Source: Mobula hypostoma (Eukaryota). Taken from it: DNA of 64,000 bases. The DNA lies in contig NC_086108.1 in the NCBI RefSeq assembly GCF_963921235.1, positions 53,570,001 to 53,634,000 of the forward strand, read 5' to 3'. A program made the position numbers and the translations under genes. Each line of letters starts with the position of its first letter. Positions within the stretch are counted from its first letter, which is position 1. Under the pieces are notes generated by a model. It saw only the letters and a program-made list of their open reading frames with translations, made no database searches and was not told the origin of the DNA. Shown here in pieces: positions 1 to 13,880 of the stretch.

Positions 1-403
1 GGCATATAAAGTAGTAAAAGTGAGTGGGAAGTTGGATGATTGGGAAGCTTATAAAACCCCCCAAAAAAAGCAACTAAAAAGCTAGAAGAAAGGAAAAGAT
101 TAAATGAGGGCAAACTTGCCAATAAAATAAAGCAGGATACTAAAAGATTTTTTTCAGTTATATAAAGAATAAAAGGGAAGTGAGAATTGATATTGGATCA
201 CTGGAAAATGATGCTGGTGAGCCAGTAATGGGGGTTGGGGGGGGGGAACCAAGAAATGGCAGATGAACTTAATGGGTATTTTGCATCAGTCTTCACTGTT
301 GAAGACACTAGCAGTGTGCCAGAGGTCCATGAGTGTTAGGGAGTAGGAATGAGTGCCATTGCTATTACAAAAGAAAAAGTACCAGGCAAACTCAAAGGTC
401 TTA

Positions 404-1427
404 GAAACATGGAAACATAGAAAATAGGTGCAGGAGTAGGCCATTCGGCCCTTTGAGCCTGCACCGCCATTCAGTATGATCATGGCTGATCATCCAACTC
501 AGAACCCTGTACTTGCCTTCCCTCCATACCCCCTGATCTCTTTAGCCACAAGGGCCATATCTAACTCCCTCTTAAATATAGCCAATGAACTGGCCTCAAC
601 TGTTTCCTGTGGCAGAAAATTCCGCAAATTCACCACTCTCTGTGTGAAGCAGTTTTTCCTAATCTCGGTCCTAAAAGGCTTCCACTGTATCCTCAAACTG
701 TGATCCCTCGTTCTGGACTTCCCCAACATCGGGAAAAATCTTCCTGCATCTAGCCTGTCTAATCCCTTTAGGATTTTATACGTTTCAATAAGATCCCCCC
801 TCAATCTTCTAAATTCCAACGAGTATAAGCCTAGTTGATCCAGTCTTTCATCATATGAAACTCCTGCCATCCCAGGAATCAATTTGGTGAACCTTCTTTG
901 TACTCCCTCTATGGCAAGGATGTCTTTCCTCAGATTAGGGGACCAAAACTGCACACAATACTCCAGGTGTGGACTCACCAAGGCCTTGTACAACTGCAGT
1001 AGTACTTCCATGCTCCTGTACTCGAATCCTCTTGCTATGAGTGTCAGCATACCATTTGCCTTTTTCACTGCCTGCTGTACCTGCATGCCCACTTTCAATA
1101 CTGGTGTACAATGACACCCAGGTCTCGTTGCACCTCCCCTTTTCCTAATCGGCCACCATTCAGATAATAATCTGTTTTCCTGTTTTTACCACCAAAGTGG
1201 ATAACTTCACATTTATCCACATTAAATTGCATCTGCCATGAATTTGCCCACTCACCTAACTTATCCAAGTCACCCTGCATCCTCTTAGCATCCTCCTCAC
1301 AGCTAACACTGCCGCCCAGCTTCGTGTCATCCGCAAACTTGGAGATGCTGCATTTAATTCCCTCATCTAAGTCATTAATATATATTGTAAACAACTGGGG
1401 TCCCAGCACTGAGCCTTGCGGTACCCC
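404..1427 (-). mobile_element. 5'-truncated CR1 LINE (RT C-terminal half, 3' UTR, tail) nested in the host CR1
   Basis: ORFs 1095-1409 (KFADD) and 499-1098 (HLEYCVQFWSP); TTTCTATG-type tail at 404-423; CTTA duplicated at 400-403 and 1427-1430. Confidence 0.93.
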
Positions 1428-2244
1428 TTAAGGTGGATAAGTCAACTGGGCCAAATGGACTACATGCCAGAGTCCTGAAAGAGGTTGCTGAAGAAATGAC
1501 ATAATTGGTCATAATCTTTGAAGAATCCCTTGATTCTGGCATGGTCCTGGAGGACTGGAAGATTGCAAATGTCACTCCACTCTTTAAGAAGGGAGGAAAG
1601 CAAAAGAAAGGAAATTATAGGCCAGTTAGCCTAACCTCAGTGGTTGGGTAAGTGTTGGAGTCTACGTTTTAGGGGTACTTGGAGACTAATGATAAAGTCA
1701 GCATGGTTTCTGTAAAAGGAAATCTTGCCTGACAAATTTGATAGAATTCTTTGAGGAAGTAACAAGCAGGGTGGACAAAGGAGAGGCAGTAAATGTCATT
1801 TACTTGGATTTTCAGAAGGCATTTGATAAGATGCCACACATGAGACTACTTAACAAGGTAAAACCCTATCTCATTACAGGAAAGATACTCACATGAATAG
1901 AGGAATGGCGGACAGCCAGGAGGAGCTTGGGAATAAAAGGGGCCTTTTCTGGTTGGCTGCCAGTGACTAGTGGTGTCCCTCAGGGGTCAGTATTGGGACC
2001 ACTACTTTTCACATTGTTTCTCAATGATTTGGAGCATGGAGTTGAAGGCCTTGTGGCAAAGTTTGCGGATGATACAAAGATAGGTGGAGGGGTAGATAGT
2101 GCTGAGGAAGCAATGCAGTTGCAATAGGACTTAGACAAATTGGAAGAATAGGCAAAAAAGTGGCAGATGGAATACAGTGTTGGGAAATGTATGATAATAC
2201 ATTTTGGTAAAAGGAACAATAGTGTGGACTATTATCTAAATAGA

Positions 2245-4301
2245 ACATAGAATAGTACAGCACAGTACAGGCCCTTCGGCCCACAATGTTGTGCTGACCC
2301 TCAAACCCTGCCTCCCATATAAGCCCCCACCTTAGATTCCTCCATATACCTGTCTAGTAGTCTCTTAAACTTCACTAGTGTATCTGCCTCCACCACTGAC
2401 TCAGGCAGTGCATTCCACGCACCAACCACTCTCTGAGTAAAAAACCTTCCTCTAATATCCCCCTTGAACTTCCCACCCCTTACCTTAAAGCCATGTCCTC
2501 TAGTATTGAGCAGTGGTGCCCTGGGGAAGAGGCGCTGGCTGTCCACTCTATCTATTCCTCTTATTATCTTGTACACCTCTATCATGTCTCCTCTCATCCT
2601 CCTTCTCTCCAAAGAGTAAAGCCCTAGCTCCCTTAATCTCTGATCATAATGCATACTTTCTAAACCAGGCAGCATCCTGGTAAATCTCCTCTGTACCCTT
2701 TCCAATGCTTCCACATCCTTCCTATAGTGAGGTGACCAGAACTGGACACAATACTCCAAGTGTGGCCTAACCAGAGTTTTATAGAGCTGCATCATTACAT
2801 CGCGACTCTTAAACTCTATCCCTCAACTTATGAAAGCTAACACCCCATAAGCTTTCTTAACTACCCTATCCACCTGTGAGGCAACTTTCAGGGATCTGTG
2901 GACATGTAACCCCAGATCCCTCTGCTCCTCCACACTACCAAGTATCCTGCTATTTACTTTGTACTCTGCCTTGGAGTTTGTTCTTCCAAAGTGTACTACC
3001 TCACACTTCTCTGGGTTGAACTCCATCTGCCACTTCTCAGCCCACTTCTGCATCCTATCAATGTCTCTCTGCAATCTTTGACAATCCTCTACACTATGTA
3101 CAACACCACCAACCTTTGTGTCGCCTGCAAACTTGCCAACCCACCCTTCTACCCCCACATCCAGGTCGTTAATAAAAATCATGAAAAGTAGAGGTCCCAG
3201 AACAGATCCTTGTGGGACGCCACTAGTCACAATCCTCCAATCTGAATGTACTCCCTCCACCACCACCCTCTGCCTTCTGCAGGCAAGCCAATTCTGAATC
3301 CAACTGGCCAAACTTCCCTGGATCCCATGCCTTCTAACTTTCTGAATAAGCCTACCGTGTGGAACCTTGTCAAATGCCTTACTAAAATCCATATAGATCA
3401 CATCCACTGCACTACCCTCATCTATATGCCTGGTCACCTCCTCAAAGAACTCTATCAGGCTTGTTAGACACGATCTGCCCTTCACAAAGCCATGCTGACT
3501 GTCCCTGATCAGACCATGATTCTCTAAATGCCTATAGATCCTATCTCTAAGAATCTTTTCCAACAGCTTTCCCACCACAGACGTAAGGCTCACTGGTCTA
3601 TAATTACCCGGACTATCCCTACTACCTTTTTTGAACAAGGGAACAACATTCGCCTCCCTCCAATCCTCCGGTACCATTCCTGGGGACATCGAGGACATAA
3701 AGATCCTAGCCAGAGGCTCAGCAATCTCTTCTCTCGCCTCGTGGAGCAGCCGGGGAATATTCCGTCAGGCCCCGGGGACTTATCTGTCCTAATGTATTTT
3801 AACAACTCCAACACCTCCTCTCCCTTAATATCAGCATGCTCCAGAACATCAACCTCACTCATATTGTCCTCACCATCATCAAGTTCCCTCTCATTGGTGA
3901 ATACCGAAGAGAAGTATTCATTGAGGACCTCACTCACTTCCACAGCCTCCAGGCACATCTTCCCACCTTTATCTCTAATCGGTCCTACCTTCACTCCTGT
4001 CATCCTTTTTTTCTTCACATAATTGAAGAATGCCTTGGGGTTTTCCTTTACCCTACTCGCCAAGGCCTTCTCATGCCCCCTTCTTGCTCTTCTCAGCCCC
4101 TTCTTAAGCTCCTTTCTTGCTTCCCTATATTCCTCAATAGACCCATCTGATCCTTGCTTCCTAAACCTCATGTATGCTGCCTTTTTCCTCCTGACTAGAT
4201 TTTCCATCTCACTTGTCACCCATGGTTCCTTCACCCTACCATTCTTTATCTTCCTCACCAGGACAAATTTATCCCTTACATCCCGCAAGAGATCTCTAAA
4301 C
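2245..4301 (-). mobile_element. Young 5'-truncated CR1 LINE with nearly intact ORF2 RT region, nested in the host CR1
   Basis: ORFs 3590-4318, 2823-3698 and 2301-2795 form one RT broken by one frameshift (about 3750) and one TGA stop (2823-2825); ATAGA duplicated at 2240-2244 and 4302-4306. Confidence 0.95.
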
Positions 4302-7300
4302 ATAGAGAGAAGGTTCAAACATCAGAGGTGCAGAGGGACTTGGGAGTCCTCGTGCAAGACATCCAGGAGGTTAATTCACAGGTTGAGTCTGCATTAAAGA
4401 AGGCAAATGCAATGTTGGCATTTATTTCAAGGAGAATAGAGTATAAAAGCAAGAAGATAATGCTGAGACTTTATAAGACACTAGTCAGACCGCACTTGGA
4501 GTATTGTCAGCAGTTTTGGGCCCCATATCTCAGAAAAGATGTGTTGTCATTGGAGAGAGTCCAGAAGAGGTTCACGAGGATGATTCCGGGAATGAAGGGG
4601 TCAGCATATGAGGAGCATTTGGCAGCTTTGGGCCTGTACTGACTGGAAATTGGAAGAATGCAGGAGGATCTCATTGAAACCTATCGAACGTTGAAAGGAC
4701 TAGCTAGGGTGGATGTGGAGAGGATGTTTCCTGTGGTGGAGGTATCCAGAACTAGAGGGCACAGCCTCAAAATTGAGGGGTAACCTTTTATAACAGAGGT
4801 AAGGAGGAGTTTTTACAGCCAGAGAGTGATGAATCTGTGGAATGCTCTGCCACAGACTGAGGTGGAGGCCAGGTCCGTGGGTATATTTAAAGCGGAAGTT
4901 GACAGTTTCCTGATCAGTCAGGGTATGAAATGATATGGCGAGAAGGTAGGTGTATGGGATTGAGTGGGATCCAGGATCAGCCATGATGGAATGGCGGAGC
5001 AAACTCGATGGGCTGAATGGCCTAATTCTGCTCCTATGTCTTATGGTCTTATATAAGCAATCAGTTCAGGGTTATTGAGGGTCAAGTGGAAAGAAAGAAG
5101 GTTGATTGTAGATAGTGGAAAGGAGCATCTCAGAGAAGTTGTATTTTGAAATTTAATTATGAAGTAGATGGAATCGCCCACAGCACTTGGAATCTCAAAT
5201 GGAAATGGTAGACATGGTGAATTAATCCTTCACATCAATCTTTTCAGATAAGATGGAAGATAAATTCCAAATCCAGTTAAACAACCTTTGGAAATTTATA
5301 GTATGTGTTGAGGTCATTAGAACATGTGTTGCAAAGAAACACAAGGAATTGAATGTCAACAGGGCATCTGTTGCAGATGGCATGCACTTTCATATCCTTA
5401 GGGAAATTGAAAAGCTTTGAATAAAAAAAGTGCATAATAAAAACTCAGAAAATCCCTAAATATAATTTTGTTGTGAAAATAAAAATTCAGACATGTCGAA
5501 GATAAATTATCCAAATGTCAGCAGCTCATGCTATCATATTTTTGCTCTCTAGAGCAGCAGTCATAATTGATAATGAGCCTGTGTTTACAAGTAATAACTC
5601 ATAGCTCATGAATTTGCTAGCATTCCTTGAGAGTATTTCAAAGACATTTGTTTTAGCATTTGAGGAAGATTAATGTTCATTGTGCTAATGCAGACTAGAT
5701 ACCCAGATAGAAATCTGGTTTGTAGTTTAAAGTAGTTGATAATGATGAATGGTGAAGTCCCTATCAGGGCAGTGCGTAAGGTTTCCTAAAGCTTGCACTG
5801 AATAGCTCTGATTCATAAGTGTGAAGAGAATGCTTCTTTCAGTGTCTCGTTTATAATTGGTGTCAAGCTGTGCGTAGGTGAACAAAGTAAGGAAAGCATC
5901 TGAACCAGGTGAAGTAAGCAGATAAAAACATTGCACATGAAATTTAATGTGTATAGTACATAATAGTCCAGGAAACATGAAGCACGCGTATATAGTGGCT
6001 TGCGGTCTTATTGCCAAAAGTGGAAAATAAAAACATTTTGGATGTGATTATGAACCATTCACTGAAAAGTATGAGATTATACCCGGGTTAATCAAATACT
6101 GGAATTTATCTTTGGGCCTTTTCAATCCAAATTGAATCAAGGTATTTTAACTATATGACTATTTAAGTCACATTTGGAATATTAAAGTCTTTGAGCCATC
6201 TATGTCTTGTTATAGTTTACCTTGTTCTTCAACAATAACAGTGACATATTTACTTCTCCAATGGCTTGAAAATTTCAGTTAAATTTATTTGGTGTGGACA
6301 ACTTACTCCAAATCCAGGATGGCTTTTTCTAAATAAACAATCACACTGTCTTGAAGTGAAGCTTCAAATAACGTGACTGGGAAGATGGGCCCAGAGGTTC
6401 ATAAATTTTATTTTTTTCTCTATCTTGCCTTTTATATTTGTAATTATCCAGTCTACAAAAGGACGATTCCTGAAGTAGGGAGATCTTGAATGGTAAGGTC
6501 TGAAACTTTTGCAGACTTCCCAGCTAATTTCTTTAATGCCCTGTGTAAAGCCCATTATTTTCTGTGGATTTGTCAGCATTTAATGTTACTATATTTCCTT
6601 TTTTTTGCCCATGTTAATAGCAGTAAGTGCATTTTGGTATCCTTTGAAAGCCTCTTCAACCATGACCAGCAGAAACTCAATTTTGTTCATTTAACACGCC
6701 TGGTGTTAACTTCTTTTCATTCACTTTATGGTTCATATTTATTTTGAAACATGGCAAAAATACTCTCATCTTTACATCTCCCCTTTACATAAAATATTAA
6801 AACAGCTTCGTAAATTTTGGTTGTTTTATGTTCATAAAATGGTTGGAGGATTACTAAAGCTGTGGCATAGTTGAGATCATTAAAGAATGAAATGACTGCA
6901 GGATGGAAACTCAGCCTTGTAATTGAGAATGGTCATTAGCTTCATTGTAGAGAATGTTGCACTAAGTGACAGCTCTTGCTGCTGCTGATTGTTCTGGAAT
7001 GAGCCAGCTCCCTCTCGAGCTGTAGCAGACAGTCAGAGGAAGTCATTGTTGTTTCTTGACCTGTAAAAATGCCTCCAAGAATAATTATTGTGAATGTTTG
7101 TGACTGCTGTGAAGCTTTCTGACATTACATCTGTGACTGGCTCAGAGGGATGGCATTGGCTATAAAGTGCTTTGGGTCGCTTGAAATGCAAGTCATGTCT
7201 ATTGGCCCTCTGCCTGCTTCAGAAACTCAGGCTCGCGTACTTGGCAAGAAACTGTTTCCCAACAATGGAAGGAGTCTAGCTCAGATCAGAGGTAACAAAT

Positions 7301-7364
7301 ACCTGTGGAGAATGCATGTGTGCATTGTGGAAAGCAAGAAAATTTAATGCTAGAAGTGAAAAAA

Positions 7365-7590
7365 GAACTTAATGGTTAAGTACTACCTTTCACATCCTCA
7401 GGACGTATTCAAATGTGTCACAGTCAATTAATTACTGTTGGAATTAATTATTCTTATGTGGGTTTAAATGGCAGCCAGTGTTGACAAAGGACAATACCAT
7501 AAGTAACAATGAAATAATTAACCATACAATTTTTTTACAGTGTTGGTTGATGCAGAAATGTTAGTGAGGATATCATAAAAGTTCCCTGAG
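7365..7590 (-). mobile_element. Old Deu-domain SINE (AmnSINE/SacSINE-like) fragment
   Basis: Reverse-complement similarity to the element at 28245-28580 (CCTTTCACATCCTCAGGACG tail, AATGGCAGCCAGT, TGTTGGTTGA); recognised by eye. Confidence 0.55.
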
Positions 7591-9270
7591 GTTGTTAATT
7601 TATTCTTTGTTGTTTATGCTAAGCATACAATGCAGTATCATTTACACTAAGAACTCTTGTCTCTGAAATTTGGTTCCATTGCCTTCAATGCCAAGCAAGG
7701 GGATCAAACCCCAGAGGGCAATTGAGGGAGATGGGCGCAATCGTTGACGCAAGTTCTGATCTCAATGAAATATTTTACATTAACATAAGTCATAAGTCTC
7801 TTATTCATCAGGAGGAAAAGGTAAATAGGTAAAATATTAACAAATCTAATGAATAACACTGCAGGTCTTGCTTTCTAGGTTCTCCACTTTTTTAAAAAGA
7901 GAAATATTGATTTCAGTGTTTCCATCTGGTTAAGGACATGGGTCACCACATTGTTCAGAGGTAATGCAAAAAGAAATACAGTATGGCCATTGCTCATAAA
8001 ATATGTCTCAATTTATGGAATACTATTGGTGATCTTCCAAATTTCAGGAATGCATGTGCCTTACGTTTGATAGAACAAGAAAGTGTTTAATCAAAGGTGA
8101 TTGCCAACAAGTGATATTTTGAACAAGAATTAGCAAAAATAATCCAAGCAAATCTAGTCAAAGGCTCAAATATCAGTAAGTGCACATTAAAGTGTTGGGA
8201 TGTCCAAATTGGGAACATCAAAGCAAGTTTTCCACCTAAAGTGTAATGCTATTATGCAGCAAATTATCAGGAAATGAGTTTGAAGAGGGCAATATATAGT
8301 TCAACAATTTTTTTTGGCATATCTGGAATGTAGAGTATCTTGTTACATAAGGGCCTGAGTGGGGTTAGATTATCTGTTATAGAAATTAGGCCTGTTAATG
8401 GCCTTTTCCTGTTTCAAGAATTCCTGAGTCCTTAAGTGCCAGTGCTCTTAAGTGTGTTTCTGTGGGTGATCTCAGTGAGGTAACCCGCTGACCCATGGCT
8501 AAATAGCTACCAGTAAAATCATTTGTAAACTCAAAAAATGCAAAACTAGTTTAAGGTAGTGGAGAAACATTTATGAAAGGCCCATAACACAGGTATAAGC
8601 CACAGACTTTAAAGCTTTGAAATGCTCCACCATGTAAATGCCTTATGACTAGTATCTGGGAGGAACTACAAGTGTTCAAGGCAGTAGTGCACAAAGACTT
8701 TATGGCTAGAGTAGCTGCTTGACTCTTGATCTCAGAGATTTAATGAGGCAGGTCAGTTCTTTCAACATCTTAAACATTGCTGATATTGTGCCCTTAGCTA
8801 ATGGCATTATTTGCATTCTTTCTTGTCCCTGGATGGCTGCCTACAAGATCCTGCAGAGGATTCATAATTTGATTGATGTTACATTTTCCAAACAGTTATC
8901 ATCAGAATTAAATAAGGGCTTATGTTACAAACTCTCAGTTTTCAGTAGTTTAAACATTCTGCCCCAGATCCATGAAAAATATAAAAGGAGTGATTTCATT
9001 GCCTTCCTGGTTTAAGATTAATAAACCACACACCCGTGCTTTTGGCAACTCTACTTTCTCTTTTTCCCCAGTTCACGTATAATCTCACTGTTAATACCAA
9101 TCCTTAACTCAATACACCATCATGATCCTGTAGTTGTCAATTGTTTACTATTCTTTCACAGTCCCTTTCGACGTCTTTGTTTCTACCCTCTCCCGTTTGA
9201 CCAAATATCTAGGCATGCTGTCTATGTGCGCTCCCAAAGATGACAGGCAAACCTAGTGTGTTCTTGCTTT

Positions 9271-10030
9271 AGTTCAAGTTTATTGTCATCTGGCTGTATA
9301 TACTATATATGACGAAACAAAACAACATTTCTCCAGACCCTGGTGCACTCACAAAACATCTATGCCACACAGCACAAAAAACAAAATATCACCACAAGTA
9401 AGTTAATAAAATATAATTCAAAGTGCATGTACTGCACGGCGCAGTAAACAGTAAATAGCTCTCTGTCCTACTGACGAGACCTCAGTGGTGGCGGACTCAC
9501 AGCCTGAGGGAAGTAAATGTTACCCAGTTTGGCAGTCCTGGTCCTGATGCTCTTGTACTTCCTCCTGCTCATGGGTTAAAGAGATTGTAGGATGGGTGGT
9601 TGGGATCCTCAACAATGCTTCAGGTCCTTTGTATACAATGCTTCCAGTAAATGTCATAAATAGGGAGAAGGGAGACCCCAGTGATCCTCCGAGCAGTTTT
9701 TTTTCTATCCTCTGTAGTGTTTTGTAGTCTGATGCTTTGCAGCTTCTGTACCACACAATGATGCAGCCAGAACAGACACTCTCAATGGTGCTTCTGTAGA
9801 AAGTTGCTGGAATGGGGGCAGGGGGTCTTGTACACCTCAGTCTCCTCATAAAGTGAGGACACTGCTGTGCGTTCTTGAGTAATGAGGAGGTGTTGTGGGT
9901 CCAGGTTATGTAGTCCATTATGTGCACACCAAGGAACTTTGTGCTCTTCACTGTCTCCATTGCAGAGCCATTGTTGTGCAATGGCGAGTGGCCAACCTGC
10001 ACCTTTCTGAAGTCCACAATCATCTCCCAC
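9271..10030 (-). mobile_element. Rex1/Babar LINE 3' fragment
   Basis: ORF 9520-10065 has EMIVDFRK, KFLGVHI, TFYRSTIES and CIIVWY; AATAAACTTGAACT-type tail. Confidence 0.88.
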
Positions 10031-11212
10031 AAGATGCAGGGGGAATTCAGCTGGTCAGGCAGCAAAGTCTACAAATTACATTAAGATGGCGCTGGCATAT
10101 ATCATCGACTGTCTGCGGGCTGCAGAAAATCATTCAGGTTTTCCACTTAAATATACTTCTTTTGAATTACTTAAGGTGCAATCTGCAGCATGTAAATTTC
10201 CTCTTAACAACTGACTACAAAATAACATCAGTGATCTTCAGATCTCATGGTCAACGATTGAATGCAGAGCGGAGGTCATGAGCTCCAGTGGAGCATTTAG
10301 CGCGGCGCCTTTAAGGGTCAAGACCATGGCTGGAAATGTGGCAGAAGTGGAATTCAAGCCAGGATGGTGTACAGAGGGACCTGAGCTCCTCTACCATTTT
10401 GTGCGTGTTGCTGAAGATTTCCAGAATCTGCTCATTATCAGTTTCTTGCAAATTGATTGCTACATTTCCTAACCCATAACCATGATGATGATTCATAAGA
10501 ACATCATTGGTTGTAAAGTGATTTGAATAACCCTGTAAAGGATATGAACCATATATAAATGCAAGTCTATACCTCTTAGCATTGTGATGCTGAAGAGTGC
10601 AGTTCTACAAATACCAGATGGGGGAAGGTTGCATAACTTCTGTTTAAACAGCCTGCCAACATTTACTGACCAAGGCCATACGTAAAGAACATGAATGGGG
10701 ATGAAGAACTGGAGCACGGAAAATCACCAGGAATACTTAAAAAAGGGAGCAGCCTATTTGAATCATCTGGATCTCCTTATTATTATTTTGGTATCCGGAT
10801 CCGCATTGTTTAATTACAAGGACCTATTATTTTAGGCTCTATTATTTTACATAATTATTACTCAAAGAATAAAACAGGTAACCACAAGATTCTTATTTTA
10901 AATGACATAATTTTGTGAAATTATTATTTTAGGTTAGACCGATCTGTATATCAGAAGGATGTATTGTTACGGGGTTAAAGGTTGAAACTATGATTCCCCA
11001 AACTTTCTGTCATTTGACCTGCATTAACCCTGTCTAGGTGGATTTCACCTCAGTTCACTCTCATTAACAATCTTGGTGTGTTGACTGTATTTTTGGGGGA
11101 AATATGTCTCCCTGTTGGATTTTTTTTTTAATTGGCAAACTGAAGGAGACAGTGTGATGTTGGTTACACAAACAATTCATTTAAATGGGCACAAAGCCAG
11201 GAAAATCATTTC

Positions 11213-13009
11213 TGTTCTGGCCTCTATAAGCACAGTTCATTTTCTATGCGGTTCGTTTTACGTGTGTCAACTTATGTCACTTCCTGTACATAACCCGTTC
11301 TTTATATCATTTCCTGCGCAGGTTAATTAGGATGACTTTAAGAACATGGTGTAGAAAGACATCTTCTTCTCCTTCTTCTTTTAAATGTACTTCTACTACT
11401 AATCAGTGTGTGATTGGAGCCTGTAATTTACATTTTGAGAACGTGATTTTGGGCTGACTGAGCAATGTTGTCTCCAAGGGAATTCAGTGTGGTTGAGAGC
11501 GAGGTTGGGAACAGAGGGTGTGGCCCAATGTGGTGCAAATCCATGATCATCTCCATTTCTCGCCGATCTCGCTGATTAAAGTGTTGAGCAAGATTGAAAC
11601 CAACGAGGACAAGAGCAGAAGGCAAGCATGTGTTCAGCGTCGTCTGCCTGCATTTGACTGGCTCCCTCTCCCCCTTACTCACTGCTGCCAGAGGAAGGTA
11701 CAGAAGCTTTGGGTCTTGGCGCGATTTGTGGATTGGACTCCTTTTTAGAGTCTACGGTTCATGTTACATGTGTTTCTGCCTTCTGATTATTCTGAGCAAT
11801 TTTGCTCGGGTACTTAGATGCAGACTGGCTCTACGACCTGCAGTCATCAGAAGCTGCAGCACTAAACTGAACTGAGCTAAACTGAACATTCCTAGACTGA
11901 ATCAAGGACTCTGCAGTTTAATGTTTAATATTCTGTGTATTATTCGCTTGTTTTTTGCTGTTTGCACAACTTGTTTTTTTTTGCGTGTTCGCTTGAATTG
12001 GTTCCGTGGTGTTTCTTTGTTTTGAGGCTGCCTGCGGAAGATGAATCTCAGGGTCGAATCCTGCATACATACTCTGATAATAAGTGTACTTTGAATCTTC
12101 CCAGAGCAGTTGCCCAGCTCTCTCAGTTTGCTCATTCCTTTACAGGAGGAGCCGAAAGCAGTCTTTGCTGTGGCTGTTTGTAAGCAACCTCTTAGCACAG
12201 AGCAACTGAATCAGGTAAAGGTTCGAATCCTTCCTGTTGTTCAAAGGCAAGTGTATGCAGAGGAAGTGCAGCGCATCACAAAGCAGGAACCACTCCCAAT
12301 TCAGAGGCAATTCCGTGAATTCTGTCCCTTTCTTGTCTCTGAGGGGCTACCGCGAGCTGAAGGACGGCACTCACTTCACTTCAGTGTTACCTCACCCAGT
12401 TGTCATTCTGAGTGAGCCCTGTATCACCAGTCTACTCATCAGACAGGACAACAAGGCTGACATTTTCGAAGCAAGAACAGTTAAGGACTGCGAAATAAGA
12501 CTGTTTTCAAGATCGATCTCTGAGACTTACCTTATTTTGCCAAAGACTTAATGAAATGATCATCTGACCTTAAGTTGTAGTAGTTAAGCTGACATCCTAT
12601 GGATCCAGGCAGGGAGTGTTCTGGCCTCTAGAAGCGTAGTTCATTTTGCATGCAGTTTGATTTGTATGAGCATCACTTCCTGTTCTTAGATCATTTCCTG
12701 CGTGGGTTAATTCAGACTTTGACTTGAAGCATACGCTGTAGAAAGATATCCATCTCCATCTCCTCTTTATTTGCCCTTGAAACAGTAATATCAGTGAGTG
12801 TAAAACATTTTTTAATATTTATAAACATTTAATAGATATATTTTGAAGTAAGTATTCTGTTTATTGTTTATTGCTGTTAAGTTATCATTGTGTCACGAGT
12901 TCACTCTGGTCTACATGGCATAGTTATGGAATGTTGTGTGTATGTATTACTTCGGTTAACACTGATCATGAGAATAATCAATAGTATTAGTATATTTTGG
13001 CATGCAACA
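11213..13009 (+). mobile_element. Internally deleted BEL/Pao LTR retrotransposon relic (5' LTR from 11213, pol remnant about 12099-12550, 3' LTR 12617-13009)
   Basis: Two diverged repeats both begin TGTTCTGGCCTCTA (11213, 12617). The second follows a purine tract AGGCAGGGAG and ends near CAACA. Peptides VQRQVYAEE...PFLVSEGLPRAEGR, HPVVIL...ITSLLIR and RSISETYLILP resemble the BEL/Pao RNase H-integrase linker and integrase end. Confidence 0.75.
11520..12098 (+). mobile_element. Non-coding retroposon with Rex1-type 3' tail inserted in the BEL/Pao relic (5' boundary uncertain)
   Basis: 3' end GATGAATCTCAGGG...TGATAATAAGTGTACTTTGAATCT resembles the tails at 47955-48092 and (reverse) 60050-60110. 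Confidence 0.55.
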
Positions 13010-13583
13010 ATTCAGTACTGAATTTCAAAGGTTTCAAAGGTACATTCGATGTCAGAGAAATGTATACAATATACATCCTGAATTGCTGAATTTAATACAT
13101 ATTTTGCTTAACTTTCTGCACGAAGATCTCCTTAAGAACCCTGAAGAAAGCTTCCAGCTGAAGTGAACTTTGAGAAGGTGTTTAACTCCCTGCCTGGCTT
13201 TGTGCACATGCACTGCAAAGGGCAGTAGAATTCCTATTCTGATGAAACCTGAAGAGTGCAATCAATCTGTGGTTAACTCCATGAAGGAGTAGCTGTCTTC
13301 ATCCTCCATGGTGCCTTTCCATAGGTAGTGGTTGTATATTAACAATGACATTTAGGATAGTTTGACCTTGACCTGACTAGTACTTTGACATCTTCCACAT
13401 TACTCCCAATAAATTTGAGGCCTGGCTCTTACAGATATTCCACTATGCAACATGGTCCACAAAGAGTAAATGGACCTTTGTGACAGAACCTGAAGATTTA
13501 GCCTGATGGCAGCTTGTCCTTTCAAAAGCTTTTTCTGCTGTTTTTATCAAAGATCTTTGAAAGAGTGGAACCGATTTCAAAAA

Positions 13584-13880
13584 TACAGTGAATTCCTGTT
13601 AAATGGGCCATTGGTTAATCAGGGCAGTTACTTATTTACGACAACTCTTAAAGAGAAAAACTAATCAGAAAATTGCCAGGCTCCCTTCATTTATTTGGGA
13701 CACTGTGCCTCTTAATTGGGACAGGAGGCTGTTGCCGAACAGTTTCTAACTAGTGTCAGATACGTGCAGTTCTGCAGCTGTTAGACACTACACCACGTTT
13801 AGAGTGAACAGTTTTTAAATAACGTCTGTGTATGTGCTTGTGATTTTTGTCACTGATAGTTAGCGAGAAATAAGCTTTAT
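13584..13880 (+). mobile_element. Tigger/pogo-like DNA transposon end fragment
   Basis: TA followed by CAGTG, with repeated TTAATTGGG(A/C)CA-like subterminal motifs; no second TIR seen. Confidence 0.5.

Larger units (their letters stand above)
1..5052 (+). mobile_element. Decayed CR1 LINE (ORF2 RT to 3' UTR), interrupted by two antisense CR1 insertions; host segments about 1-403, 1431-2244 and 4307-5052
   Basis: RT motifs SGVPQGSVLGP and KFADD (ORF 1927-2127), C-terminal RPHLEYC (4328-4642), 3' tail CTCCTATGTCTTATGGTCTTAT. The frame rejoins across both insertions (LKGL|KVDKS and YYLNR|EKVQTS). Confidence 0.93.

Noticed and set aside
7220..7297. Possible small exon (TTCAG...GAG|GTAACA)
   Set aside because: Weak splice signals, unrecognised peptide, no partner exons.
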